From assembly GCF_036321535.1 (NCBI RefSeq), contig NC_087436.1:80540001-80604000 (forward strand): 64,000 bases of DNA, written 5' to 3'. The position numbers and the translations under genes were made by a program. Each line of letters begins with the position of its first letter. The first letter of the stretch is position 1. The notes below the pieces were generated by a model. It did not search any database, had not been told where the DNA came from, and worked only from the letters and a program-made list of their open reading frames with translations. Of the stretch, positions 12,036 through 25,400 are shown one piece after another. This DNA comes from Camelus dromedarius. Its lineage: Eukaryota.

Positions 12036-12590
12036 GGAATACTACTCAGCCATAAAAATAATGAAATAATGCCATTTGCAGGAACATGGATGGACCTAGA
12101 GATGATCATACTAAGTGAAGTAAGTCAGACAGAGAACGACAAATTCCATATGATATCACTTACATGTGGAATCTAAAAAAAATCACACAAATGAACTTAT
12201 TTACAAAACAGAGATAGATTCACACACATAGAAAACAAACTTATGGTTACCAAAGAGGAACTAGGAGTTTGGGACTTGTAGATGTGGACTGCTATATATA
12301 AAACAGCTAAACAACAAGGTCCTACTGTATAGCACAGGAAACTATATTCAATTTTCTTGCAATAACCAAAAATATGAAAAAGAATATAAATGTGTAACTG
12401 AATCACTATGCTATACACCAGAAGCTAACACAACATTGTAGATCAACAATACTTCAATTTTTTAAAAATCCTGTAAATAAACCATAATGGAAAGAATATG
12501 AAAAAGAATATATATATACATATATATCTGAATCACTTTGCTACATACCAAAAGCTAACACAACATTGATTATATTTTAATTTAAAAAAA
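11563..12590 (+). mobile_element. 5'-truncated cetartiodactyl L1 (ORF2 end plus 3' UTR) inserted in a MIR
   Basis: ORF2 C-terminal remnants (MQIKTTMSYH...[22 protein letters not shown]), poly-A tail, and a perfect 13-bp TSD aaaattaggtctg at 11550-11562 and 12591-12603. Confidence 0.93.
11991..12033. repeat. (AC)21 microsatellite
   Basis: Perfect dinucleotide run inside the L1. Confidence 0.98.
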
Positions 12591-14505
12591 AAAATTAGGT
12601 CTGATTCCAAGCTGTGCTCTTTGTCACTCAGTACTGTATTTCTCAATTAAACTACACATGAACCCTATCACTAAAACTTTGTACAGTATTCACCTTAAGA
12701 GGTAATTAGTATAGTTTGACTTGTTTTTAGAAGGGTCATTTTTAATATCCATCTAAATAAATTTCAGAAAATTTCCTAGCTGCTCTTCAACTAAGTATTT
12801 TTGGTATACTCAGGGAGAATAAAGGAATGGTGTTACCTAACAGCATGCAGAAAGCAGAGACTCAATATATATATTACCTTATGAAGCTGTTCAATAAAAT
12901 TTTATTAAATATTAATAACAGAGAGGCTGGAATTTTCACAAAGTTTTCTAAAATGGTGTCTTTTTCCCTTAAATATACATAATATCTAAAATTAAGTTAG
13001 AGAGTACTGACCATCATTAGTTTAATAATTAGTTTAAATAATGTGCTATATACGTAACAGATTTTAAAAATTGAGAACGAAGTTGTACTTTCATTATCTC
13101 ATACTGTGAGTTAAGATTTCTTATCAATTAATATAAATCATTAGGTAAACACTTATGCTCTTCTTGTTTCTAAGAAGGACCACCAACTTCTGGGAGAGTA
13201 CACTGAGAACGTGTATCTCAGTCCTTCTCTCTCCTTCTAGGGTATGCCTGCCTCCTAAGAACATGCACTCTCATCTGCTCTGGGTGTGGCTTATCTAGTT
13301 TTGCCAATGACTGGGTAAGTAAACTTAACTCTTGCAGGGGTGAAATTAGCAAGTCCTTGGTTGCACAGACCTAACTTCAATCCTCCAACATCAACTGCAC
13401 TGGTATCATGTAATAAGTAACAAAGCTGTATATCTGTAAATATAAGCTGCATATATGTAAATAGTTCATCTGTCTGACCCTTGATCTCTCTCTCATTTGG
13501 TTCTAAATTTGAGTATCCTTCTTTTAGAGCCAACAATTTGAAAAATAAAGGTTACCTGTAAGGAGTAAAAAAGAGACACTAGGTCCAACTTAGATGTTTC
13601 TTGAACATTAATTAGAAATAAATTCAAAAATTAGAGGAGTTTTTAAAAGAACTCTAGTTAGTAAAGATTATATTTTAACATACACAATGAAGTGTGATAA
13701 CATATACCAAGGTAATTAACAACGGCAGTTAATTTTTTGATGACTAAACGTTATTCCTTTTTGAATAAGTTTAAAGCAAGTATTTCTTCTGTAAGCTTTT
13801 GTTCTTGGGACTAAAGGTTAATTTTTTTTAAGAATGCTGTTTAAATGTTATCAAGCTATTCTCAGAATCCACCATAATCTTTCCATTTGAGAGAATCAGT
13901 GAGAAGGAAGGTACCAGCAGGGTCGTTGCAGGACTGTGAGGAAGACCACAGGAGGCAGCTGAACAACCCAGCATGAGACCTGGCTCAGAAAAGGACTCAA
14001 CACATGTCATTTCTCAACCTGTGTCTCTTAAAGGCAGAAACCACGCACTGGAATAACACTGCTGAGCACACTTTAAAAACGATTCTGTAGATGGATGCCC
14101 ATGTCTAACAGTAATATGGTTTATTTGCCATTTAGTATGAATCAAGCAAACTCTCAAACACTGACGGTACAGTTCATTTTGGGCAATCATGGCAGGAAGT
14201 CTGGAGCCATACTGAGCTATTCACTCACCCAAGTTACTTCTTACTAGCGGAGAATGTTCATGTATAAATTGTTAACATTAAATAAATATGGTTATCTATT
14301 TAAAAATTTAATAGATTTGATGCCTTATCTAAGGACAATTTTACTTTGTTAATAAGCCAATGAACAGAATTTATATATATTATAAAATTAGTCACAATGG
14401 TACAGAAATAACTTTATCTTTTCATTAGTTAAGAGATGAATGAATCTTTATGATACTTAAATCGCTCATTGTGAGGTCTACGGCAATGTATACACATGTG
14501 CTTTT

Positions 14506-14911
14506 TTTTTTTTTACATATATATTCCTTTTCAGATTCTTTTCCATTACAGGTTATTACAAGATATTGAATATAGTTCCCTGTGCTCTATAGTAGGTCCT
14601 TGTTGTTTATCTTTTTTATATATAGTAGTGTCTATATGCCAATCCCAAATTCCTAATTTATTCCACCTCCCCACCCCTTTCCCCTTTGGTAACCACAGTT
14701 TGTTTTCTATGATTGTGAGTCTATTTCTGGTTTGTTAAATAAGTTCATTTGTAATTTTTTTAAGATTCCACATAGAAGTGATATCATATGATATTTGTCT
14801 TTCTCTGACCTTACTTCACTTAACATGATAAGTCTCCAGGTCCATCCATGTTCCTGCAAATGGCATTATTTCATTCTTTTTTATGGCTAAGAGAGAAATA
14901 TTCCACTGTTT
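14506..14911 (-). mobile_element. Cetartiodactyl L1 3' fragment
   Basis: Reverse-complement homolog of about 12050-12400, with a poly-T head and TSD atgt(g/a)ctttt at 14496 and 14912. Confidence 0.88.
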
Positions 14912-15399
14912 ATGTACTTTTAATGGGCCAACTAAAAACTTCTGACTTGAAAGAATAGTTAGAGACTTAATGGCAACACAGAACACAAGAGAACTAAGTC
15001 AAACAGTCTAAGTAACAAAGAATAATCACTAGAACATCTCAAGTCTACTTAAATCAACAAACAAGTATTTGCATGATTCTTTGAACTGATTCGTTGAACT
15101 GACTGGGAAAGCCTGATGACGTGCGATGGGACACATATGCAACATATTATTAATTTATGTTAACAGCTGAAAATAACAATCGCCCTAACTATTGTTAACA
15201 TTATCGTCACCTTGTCAATGTTTGTGAGTCTGAGAGAAGGGAATTACTCCAAACTACTCAGTAGCCAATAGGACACTGTGATACTGAAGTAAAACAAAAA
15301 CAAAGCCAAACTTCCTGAAACTGTTTCCAAAAAATTAATGACTGTCACCTCAACAGGGCTTGAAAAAATGGTTTGTCTGTAATCAATTCTCTCATCCAT

Positions 15400-17295
15400 T
15401 GTCAAAATAGCTATTTTAAACCTTTCCCCACCTCTCCTCATTCTCCTACTCTATCATCTCCCTCCTCCATCATTCTCAGCTTCTTATTTCATACATTAAA
15501 AAATGAGCACCCCCCCCCCAAATACACTGATATCTCCATCCTCTGCTCCTATTCTACCCAATCCAACCCCATGGGTGATATGTGAACTAGTCTCTCTTAC
15601 TATGTCCATCCTTCTACTCCTGCCCTTCTGCTTTACCAGCCTAGCAAAACTTAAATCCCAATAAATAATGTATCCGTCTTCCTTCTCTACTTCTATACAC
15701 ACTCTGCTTTGTGCCTGCAAGAGAAAATTCACACACCTGCATGGATAAGATCCAGTACAAATTTACTTTCTCTAATCTTCATTGGGTCCTCAATACTTTT
15801 TAATTATTTTGTTGTCCCTTTTTGATTCTTTCTCTCATTCCTTTTCAGTAATATTCCAAACCATCACAATGCCCTGAGGTCCCCTACTCAACCTACTTCC
15901 TCAGACTTTTAACAGACCTCATCTGCTGTTGATAACTACAGGAAACTGAGGTCATCAAGCAAGATCTCACTCAACGTCCCACTACCTTCATATAAATCTG
16001 TGTCGCACCCAACAAAACATGCTCTCCTGCAGGATGCTGTGTCTCTCTCTTGTTCAAAGCTCACCTACCCATCTGTAATTTGAACCCATGCTCTCCTCTC
16101 AATTTCACTCTCTTAAAAATTTCCAAATTCCCCCTTCTGCTGCTTTCTTCCCTTCTCTTCATGAGCATGCCTGGATCTTCCCCACTTTTAAAAACAAAGT
16201 AAAATACTAGAAACATAAATACAAATGTTCTTATTGCCAGATTCACCTCCATCAATCTCTTTTGTTCTCTCATCTTCCACGGTTCTACAAGCCGAGTACA
16301 TAACGTCTCATCTCGTCTCCCAACCACAACTCAATTCATTGCTTTCTGGCTCCACCATCTAGTGACTTTCCAACCGGCAAACCTCATGCACACTTTTCAG
16401 TCCTTATCTTATCGGGTCTCTCTATTGTACATGACAGTGCTGACTGCTCTCCTCCTTCCTGCAACTTCTGTCTCTTGAGTTACATAATCACCCTCTCCTG
16501 ATTCTTTCTGTACTGCTACTGACCAGCTTCTGTTCTGTAATCTTTATGTGTTCCCCTCTTTCATTACTTAGTCATATTCTCCAGGCTTCATCCTTGGCTA
16601 CTGCTCTTCTCATGTGGAGCGTGAGCCATGAGTCATCTCCTGTCCCGTCCCCTTCCAGGGTTCCAACTACCACATCTCTACGGTAGTCCCCAAAATACAT
16701 ATCCAGCCACAACTCCTCACCTGAGCTTCTAATTGATGACTGAATATCTCCACCTGGGAAGCTCACAAATAGTGCCCCAAAAAGAATCTATCCTCTACAC
16801 CTTCTTTCTTAGCTGCTGGGAAAAACATCCACCCAAATTAGAAACCGAGGAGACATTCTTGCTTTGGCTCCTTCTCCTCTCTTATTTTATTGCTTAGAAT
16901 ATACTTCACTGGCTCTGCACGCCTCCAGGAAAAAGTACAGCTCTTAATATGACATAAAACCTGTCATGATGTGCCTCCTGTCAGTCTTGACAGTCTTACT
17001 TTTTGCCTCTCCTTGACGTAAAACCAACTTCTTGGACCGTTAATAGACGCTAGCACGTATCAAAACGCTTGGCCTTTTACTTTGACTCATGCTTGAACTT
17101 CATGTCTCTGATACTACATTTCTTTGTTACTCCATTATTGGTTTATGCACCTACCTCTTCTCCAACAGAATTATATGTTTTTCTTCTTCATTGTACTTCA
17201 GATTCACAAGACTGGACTGTATCTTTTCTCAGAAACTCCAATATTCAGTAAAGTGGCACAATGTCTAACTGATATAAATTTCATCAAATGAATCA
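15400..17295 (+). mobile_element. Long degraded L2 segment
   Basis: C/T-rich L2 ORF2-like texture ending in cacaatgtctaac...aaatgaat. Boundaries are approximate. Confidence 0.6.
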
Positions 17296-17639
17296 GCAGT
17301 TCACAACAACAGTACAAATGAAGGGACAAGCAAACAAATAAGCATGGAATACGTAGGGCCTACCGCTCTTTGGTGTCAAATTAGCTTTTGGCTTGGTGTA
17401 ACACAAAACCTGAATGTATTTCAGCATAAATGGTTTATAATCTTTGCTTTCTCCTGCAATGTCTTTATTTTTAATGCAGTACCAACAATAACAATAACAG
17501 ACAAAAGTTCTCGAGGACAAACATTTGTTAAGTGCTTTAAGTACATTATCTACTTAGTTCTCATACCAACTCCAGAAGGTAGATATTCTTATTCTTATTT
17601 TAAAGCCCAGAAATTGAAGCCCCTCTCACGTGCAGCAGA

Positions 17640-19160
17640 CATCTGGAGGTCTAAGCCCCAGAGAAGAACAACAGTAACAGCAGCACAACCAAGAACACTG
17701 ACAGGTACAAACTGGAGATTAATTGAATGTCTGTCTACTGAACATGAAACACTAGCCTTGTTCAACTTCTCTTTAAGAAAACATTAGCTGATGTACATGT
17801 TCCAGGCAGGAGACTGGAAAATACTTGCTCCTGAAATGTCAACACATCCTAGGTTGAAGGATCTCCGCATTTTATCCAGCCAGATTATGTTACCATTGGA
17901 AAAGTCTCACCCCTACATAATTTCCAATCAGTGTTTCAACATCTCATTCTTAAATATTTATCAATGTATAAACAGTTATCACCAGATATCTGAATATTAC
18001 TCTAATATTAAAGAAAATAATGTAAACCAAGAAAAACAGCAATTTGGAGCAAATAACAATGAAAGAAGCATAAGAAAATTTGACAAAGCTTTAAAACTTT
18101 CTGAGATAGGGAGACACTATATAATTTTAAGAGAATAAAAAGAGAAAGAATTTAAGGAAATTAAAAAGATGACAGCAGAAGGTCAGCCCAGAAGAGTTAG
18201 TATCTGATTGACAGAGTTGTGGAAAAGGGGAACATGTAAAACACAAAGGGGACAATATTCACCAAAAGAATTTCAAAATATTTTCCCAGAATTGAAAAGA
18301 ACAAGTTTGCAGATTAACGTTAATCAGGAAGCCTCAGTAAAATTTCAAAATAATGAGAAAAAGAAGAACCTAGAAATTTTCAGACAAACTAGCAGACCCA
18401 GAGAACAAACAATAAAGAGACCAAGTGAGACTTTTCAGGGAGACAAGGAGTCACAGATGCAGGGGAAAGAGAAGGACATGGGAGAGGAAGAAATAAGGGA
18501 AGAGGAAGGAGGGAGAGAGACAGTGAGAGAGACATGGGGAGGGAAGGGGCAGGGAGGGGAGGAGAGAGAGAAAGGGCACCAGAGTTGGGGAGAAAGAGAG
18601 AGAAACAGGAAGGGAAGGAGCAAGACCTAGAAGAAGGGCAGAGACAGAGCAGGGCAGAGAAGGACAGGGGAAGGGAGAGGAAAAGACGAGAGAGAAAAGG
18701 AGACACGAAGAAAGGCAGAAATTGAGATAGATATTTTATAAAGTCTCGGGAAAACAAGTTCTATAAAGATGGAAAAATAATAGTGATCTACTTTAAAGTT
18801 TATCTATGAATAATATTTACACCAGGGTCAGCAGAGTATAAACACTGAATCTTGTTTCAACAAATGGTATAATTGTGTGGAAAGGTAAGGAGGAGGGCAG
18901 CACGTATGAAGGAATATATGTATGCATGGTGAGGAGGTAAAAAAGCTAATTCTCACATTCCTCAGTAAGAAGTCAATTAGAACTGAACAATCAAGCAGCA
19001 GCAGTTATTTGGTATATTAACGTACGTTATGTAAAAGCTGGAAGACTCAAACGCGGCACTGCAATCAGCAGTGGAGAGCAGCAGGGCACCTATAAGCCTG
19101 TGGAACTACTTGACTTTTTAAAACTATGTGCATATAAATCTGTGATAAAAAATTTAAAGA
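17640..19160 (+). mobile_element. Degraded HAL1/old L1 fragments surrounding a purine tract
   Basis: ORF1-like aaaatattttcccagaattgaaa and a 3' end ataagcctgtggaactacttgactttttaaaactatgtgca similar to about 7200. Confidence 0.5.
18410..18730. repeat. GA-rich low-complexity polypurine tract
   Basis: About 320 nt composed almost entirely of G and A on the + strand. It generates several spurious ORFs. Confidence 0.9.
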
Positions 19161-19660
19161 ATATTTTTTAAATCCCCACTAAGACTGCTACATGTAATCA
19201 ACTCAACAGAAGGCAATAAAACGTTAACTCTATTTTGACTCTCTAGAGCCTATAACTCTATAACTAAATCTCTATAGAAAACCTGCCGCAGAATAAAGCA
19301 AACTAAAATGATTCTTCGAAGTGTAAAAAGCCCTTGGGCAACTGTACTATTTGATGTCATAAACCATCACTTCAAAAGATAATGGAAATAACTAAGTGGT
19401 AATTTACAACCTACCTTCCTACCAAATATCAGCCATTAGGGGAACATTTCACAAAATACTCATAATCTTCCTTTTATCTGTTAGAACTAAGGGGAGTTCA
19501 TTCTGACCAGGTCTCACGTCACATTATAGCAAATTGAAAGGAAGGAATGAAAACATCAAGCGTCTTAAAAATTAACTCATTCTATCATTTTTTTTCTATC
19601 TCAAGATTCCTGAAGTACCACCCCATCCTAGAAGGCATGTGCCTGGCGACCTGGACTCAC

Positions 19661-19840
19661 CCTGTTAAACACTGGCAGCATCATGTACAGCTTCTCTTCT
19701 TGTTCCTTCTGAGTCATGTGCCGGGGAGGATGGCACAACTCAGTGAAGAGACGGCGGAGGTGCATCAGTCCTAAGGCATTGTCTTGTGGGCTGCACTCCT
19801 CCTGCCTCGGCCGCCCCATGATCCTCTTCACCATGTTCAT
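19661..19840 (-). CDS. WDFY3: WDFY3/ALFY first coding exon, CDS part (aa 1-60). The full exon is 19661-19871, including 31 nt of 5' UTR.
   Basis: Translates to MNMVKRIMGRPRQEECSPQDNALGLMHLRRLFTELCHPPRHMTQKEQEEKLYMMLPVFNR, which I recognise as the WDFY3 N-terminus. Acceptor tccctgcag|AATTAG at 19872/19871, donor AGG|gtgagt at 19661/19660, phase 0. Confidence 0.97.
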
Positions 19841-19871
19841 CTTGGCTGGTTGGTGATAAACACTTCTAATT
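19841..19871 (-). other. WDFY3: 5' UTR part of the WDFY3 start-codon exon
   Basis: Lies between the AG acceptor and the ATG (context gccaagATGa). It implies upstream non-coding exons further to the right. Confidence 0.85.
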
Positions 19872-20479
19872 CTGCAGGGAGATGTTCATACACAGTCAAA
19901 ATGTCATTGCCTTGACTGGGTCAAACATGCATGGAAGAACTTATTAAAAATCTAAAAAATAAAAAATTCTATCTAAAATATTTTTTTCTACCTCTTTAAA
20001 CAGAAAAGGTAGAGGTAAAGCTAATTTTGAGAAATCTCTCTAAATGGCAAATTATGAATCATGGCACTCAACGTTCCTGCTGGCTTTGCCACAATTTGGA
20101 TAAAATGTAAAACATTAAATGTAAAAAATTAACTGGACAAGCAACAAGCATTTCCAATTAAGTTAGTCACAGCAAGTTCAACAAATAAAGGGATTACAAA
20201 TCTTACAATTAGTATGCTGTTTAATAGATGAGCATATGTATGAAGAATAAGAGAATAGAAAGTTAAACCTCACCTCAAAACATCTAACACAACCAAAAAA
20301 AAAAAAAAAACCCACCAAGTTTTCTATTTTTAATTATTTAATTTTTTTCTATATAAAGGATTATACTTGGGGTACCTGCTGAAGAGTTTACATTATAGTT
20401 TGAAATATACAAATTAAATGATAACCTCAAATATATTATAAATCATAAGAAAAAAGTGAATATTATCATACAACTGAAG

Positions 20480-20710
20480 ACCACTTCGGCAGGTCATGTT
20501 AACTCATTTCGTGGATCATGACAAGCAATTTTTTAAAAAGTGGAATAGAATATAATACTGTAAATCAACTATATTCCAATGGAAAAATGAGTGAAATAGA
20601 AGATATTGGAATACACGTAGGAAGGGTAATTATTATTTCATGAAACTTATTTTAGGTAGGGGTGTATTTGTATATACTGAATCACAGTGTAAAATGCATC
20701 CCTGGCTAGA
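20480..20710. mobile_element. hAT-Charlie-like DNA transposon fossil
   Basis: gaatagaat...cacgtaggaagggtaattattatttcatgaaactt resembles MER119/Charlie-type consensus. Subfamily uncertain. Confidence 0.45.
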
Positions 20711-23700
20711 GCTGCAGTTAAGAAATAAAGAGCCCAACCACTGGGTCAGAACACACACCAGAATCAGTAACACTCAGCTTTCAGAAAGCATCATCAGTCC
20801 TTTTCAACCACCACTAACCGTGCCAGCAATTAGCTAATTTCAGACACATAAAGAGGGTATCTTACAAAAGGAACAAGGAAGGTTGGGAGGACATTACAGA
20901 TACATAGAACTTGAGAAAAGGGCAGTTTGTTTTTTAATCTGTAGAAAAGCAGGAATAACCTGAAGATTAATTTTTAATTTTGCTACATAAGCCAGTATGC
21001 CATTTCTTAAGAAATGAGAGACTACTGCAAGGCTAGAGCTTTATTTATTAAACATCTGTCTATTGATTTTTTTTTAAAACCATGAAAAATAGCATCTTAA
21101 ACATGCTGGTCCTTGAGAATTTTGAGTGGATTCCATGTGTGGCTGCAGGCATATGGCTATGCATCCTAGCTCGACTCCAACAGGAGGCCACGATGTGACT
21201 CATCACAGGTGAGGAGCAGGAAGACACACTCCGCCTGGGGCTCTGCCAATGGCCGTCTATGCTGAAGGACCACTGTGCCAAGAGCACTCAATACTGCCAG
21301 GTGTCCAGGCGCAGGGAAGAGTGTTTAGACCACAGGTGCAGGCCGAGGAGAACACCTGAACTACAAAATGACAGTCGGTCCAGTTCAAAGTTGTTCAACA
21401 TATTTCATTCTCAGAAATATGTGTCTAAGTTCTCCAAGTGTAAATATAAAGATTTCAACAAATACATTCAAACAGCCTACTACGTGTTGGTATTTATCAT
21501 CCTGGAAAACACTCAGACCAAAAATAACATTTGAAATGAATTATAAAACTTGTGCAAATTAGCTAACATTTTAGATTGTACATAGATCTGCTCTGTGTCT
21601 TAGCCTACAATTCAGTTCATAATCTAGAGTGTGTGGGTAGGAGTTAGGGGATTCATGATCCTCTAAAACTTTAAAATAATTTTTTTAAGGGATCTCCAGT
21701 TTTCAAAGAGGGCTATGACATTAAAAAGTCAAGCCTCAATCTTTATTTATAGAGTTTCAAAGCATTTTCAGACCATTTCCTTTGCTCCTCATTCCAACTT
21801 AAGCAAGTGGGCCAAAGAGAAAATTAATTCTACCTTTCTGTGAGGCCCCAAGACAAGAACAACTTGCTCAAAATCTCCCAGGGAAAAAGAACTGAATGGG
21901 AATCCAGGACTCCCACCTCCTGGTCCAGCCCTTCTCGCTTACTCATATTCACGTGCCCATTTTAAATTACAGAATTCTTGGCAACTTGATTCTAGAATAT
22001 TAATTTTTTTTTAGCAACAAGTAGCAACTCGAATGGAAAAATTTTTTAATTTTTCTGAAGATGCACTAAATTAATCAACATTTATTTCAGTAAACTCACA
22101 AACACAATGACAAACATTAACCAGATGTAATCAAGCTATTGTGCCATCGTTATATAATATTTATCAGATACAAAGGGGTGTATATATATCAGTCAGCTAA
22201 ATGGGTTTACTGGTATTCTCAATTACTCAGATAATCTCAGTGATGGAAAAAAATCAGATTTCTCTTTTTCTCCTAATTTACCAAGGAATACTTAAGTATA
22301 TCAAATTGCTGACTCATTGTTTTGTTTATACTTCAATGTTTATAATGTAGAGTATAATTTAGAACAAGAACTACCATGTTTAAAGTACTCTTCAGCAGTG
22401 AAAGGGAAGAAAAGAACAGGCACTTTTCGGTCCATCCTGTACAAATATGCCCGTATAAGATAGGTAACTTCAGGTGAAAGGCTCTTAATTCCCTTGAGTC
22501 TTGGGTTTCTCACAACAGTAAAATCTTTCCTCACAGCCTTTGTGTACCATGTACGTAAAATCACATCCTTTTTGTGAAATGCCAAGGACATTAGTTACAT
22601 TCAGTAATTTAAAAATTTCTTATCTTTCCTCAACTTGATCATGTAACATTTAATTCCTTTTCATTTACATTTTAGTTATTTAAGCAAGTAAGGGAAAGGA
22701 AACAGCATAGGCTCTTACAGTGTTTCAGAGACTTACAAAATGATAAAAAATTAAGGGAACATTTATTTCTTAGATGCTCAATAAGAGGTTTATAAACCAA
22801 TATAGAAGAGACAGGCAAAATTTAATAATAGTGGGGACAAATCATAGAATGATTATTTGGGGGGTAATGTTATTAGGGGTTTTCAAAATATTTACAAAGA
22901 TTATTGTGTATAAGAACTAGTTTTCCAATATAAACTCTATTTTGTTTCACAAGAGAAAAGTGTTTGCACTGCCAACAGGGGGTTATTTAAATAGCAAGGA
23001 GATAATTATTGCAATGAGCTCAGACAGTATTTCTTATTCTAATCTCTTGTGTTAATGCTTGAAAATCCTCTGGAAATGCTTGAAAAATTATTTAAATCCT
23101 TTAAACAGTTTGTCATCATTTAAATTACAGAAGGGTATAGAAGAAGAAAGTAGTCTAAATTTGTAAAAAGTATGTGTCAAGTAATTAATGGCCTTTGAGT
23201 AGCTTGGCTAAAAACTTAACGTATCTTTTCTAAGTAACTCCTTAATTCCACAAGAGAAGAAATAAGTAGCTCACATTACTTCAGAAAATCTTACAGTTTC
23301 ATTAAAGAATTGTAAGTAATTCCTCAGGCTTTTATTTTTTTCTTAAACTTTCTGGGGGAAAATCCCACTTTTTCTTATACCATGGAGAGCAAAGGCAAAA
23401 CTTCTTACACTTGTGAAGTATGTAGGCGAAGCTCTGAGAGGCTCCCAACATACTGTGAACGTAACCCAGCGATCAAATCTATACACTGAAAAAGAACTAT
23501 AAGTACTATAAACCCTGAATTAGAATTAAAATTTCTATCTGCTGAAACATTAAGCTTTTTGCCTTCAAGGACAGTCATGATCAGGTTTTAGTCCCACCTA
23601 CGAGATATTACAAGATCGGCCATCTCATTTATATGGCAAAATATAATTACTTCAGATCTGTTTCCAAAATCCCCCATCCTCCCCACCTCATCAGTAAACT

Positions 23701-24679
23701 CATCATCCTATACATACACTGCACTAGACAATTTCTCAAAGCATCTTTTCAGTGTGCTTAATTTTCTCTCTTCATAGACAAAAGCGTATTCCAAAGCAAA
23801 AGCACTGCCTTCATTTAAGAAGGCTTCCCTTAGATATGACTTCCAATTACGAGTAGCCACTGTTGACCTCTCTCTGACACCTTTCTTGAACTCTTCCTTC
23901 TAGGGCCCCCACTGCTGTTTTGGGAGCCCTCAAGACACATTTACCCTAATAATTAAATGACAGTTAGATTATTTGATATGATTAATATAGTATAATTAAA
24001 TTATATTATGGAATAAACTTTTGCAGGCTGACCCGAGATTCCCCAGCATTCTCTGAAAGTTTATAAGAATATGTGTTCAAAATTTTGGATAAAAGACCTG
24101 TAAAAGAATTTCTGTAGCACAATGCTTCTGTAATCTATGACTGCTTAATACTGACATATTTTGCATTATACACATCTCCACTAATCTCTAGTTCAAGTCA
24201 TTCAGCTCTGTGATCACATATTCAGTATCCTCAGAGGAGGGATGGCACACTGCATAGTAGGCCAAAGGCATTCAGGGCCATATCCCTGACCTATCACTAC
24301 TAAGAATTTCTCTATTTCTGAAATTTCAAGTTCCAAAATCTTACTCTGAGATTATAACTTTCAATCCACCCACTTTCTCGCTCCCTAAATCTCTGGTCCT
24401 CAATGGTATCCCTTATTCTTGACTTTTCCCAATCTTCCTATTCCTCAGCAGAGATTAGACTATGTTTAACCTCTTCAGTGACATTCAGATTCATTTCTTC
24501 ATTTCTCTTGCACTCCTAAGCTATACACATTTCCAACTAGTACCCATGTCTGGATGAATTCAACCACACAATTTGTCCATTTCTAATTGTGGGCTGTTGG
24601 ATACTGTGGAGAAAATTCTACAGTTCTGCAGACTGGTTACAACATAAATTTATGATTCTCTAAAACTATCATTTTCATA

Positions 24680-25400
24680 AATAAAAACTAGTAATTCCAA
24701 ATGGATTAAAGACTGAAATGTAAACAAACAATAAAATACTGGAAGAAAATATAAAAGGAAATACTTATAGTTTAAGATAAATTCTAAAAAAGGAAAAAAG
24801 AGAGACAGATATATAGCTAAAAATACCACAAAGTTAAAAGACAAATGACAGAAAGGCAAAAATAATAATGACCCTTATAACAAAGTATTAATAACTAGAC
24901 TATTCATGGGACTCTTAAAAATCAACAACCTAATACCAACATAAGGATGGAATAGAAATAGACTGTCTCCAGGAAATATTCTTCACATGAAATGCAACAA
25001 AACACACACGTGAAAAGGTACTTAAAATCACTAATAATTAGAGAAATGCAAATAAAAACAAGTACAACTGTTTGCTCAGCTTTGCAAAAATTAATAGGAT
25101 TTATAAAACATATTACATAGTAAGAATAGAAAAAAATGGAACTGTATACAACTTGCTGATTAGAATTATAAACTAGTAGTCTTTTTCAGAGCAATCTCAT
25201 AGTATCCACATACCTACTGTTTCATCTAGTAATGCCTCTTCCAGGAAGCTGACCTAGAGTAATACTCACAGTACAAGGCGGTTTGCCGCACTGTACGTTT
25301 TTATAATTGTTTATAATAACGAAAAGTCAGAAACAGCCAAGTCCTTTAATGGAGGCATAGGTAACCCATGGTGCATCCATATTAAGGAATGAAGTTAGGA
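24680..25400 (+). mobile_element. Ancient L1 (L1ME-like) ORF2 3' fragment
   Basis: aattccaaatggattaaagactgaaatgtaa...cactaataattagagaaatgcaaataaaaac. Confidence 0.65.

Noticed and set aside
17344..18757. Cluster of 115-147 aa ORFs
   Set aside because: They derive from repeat fossils and a GA-rich low-complexity tract.
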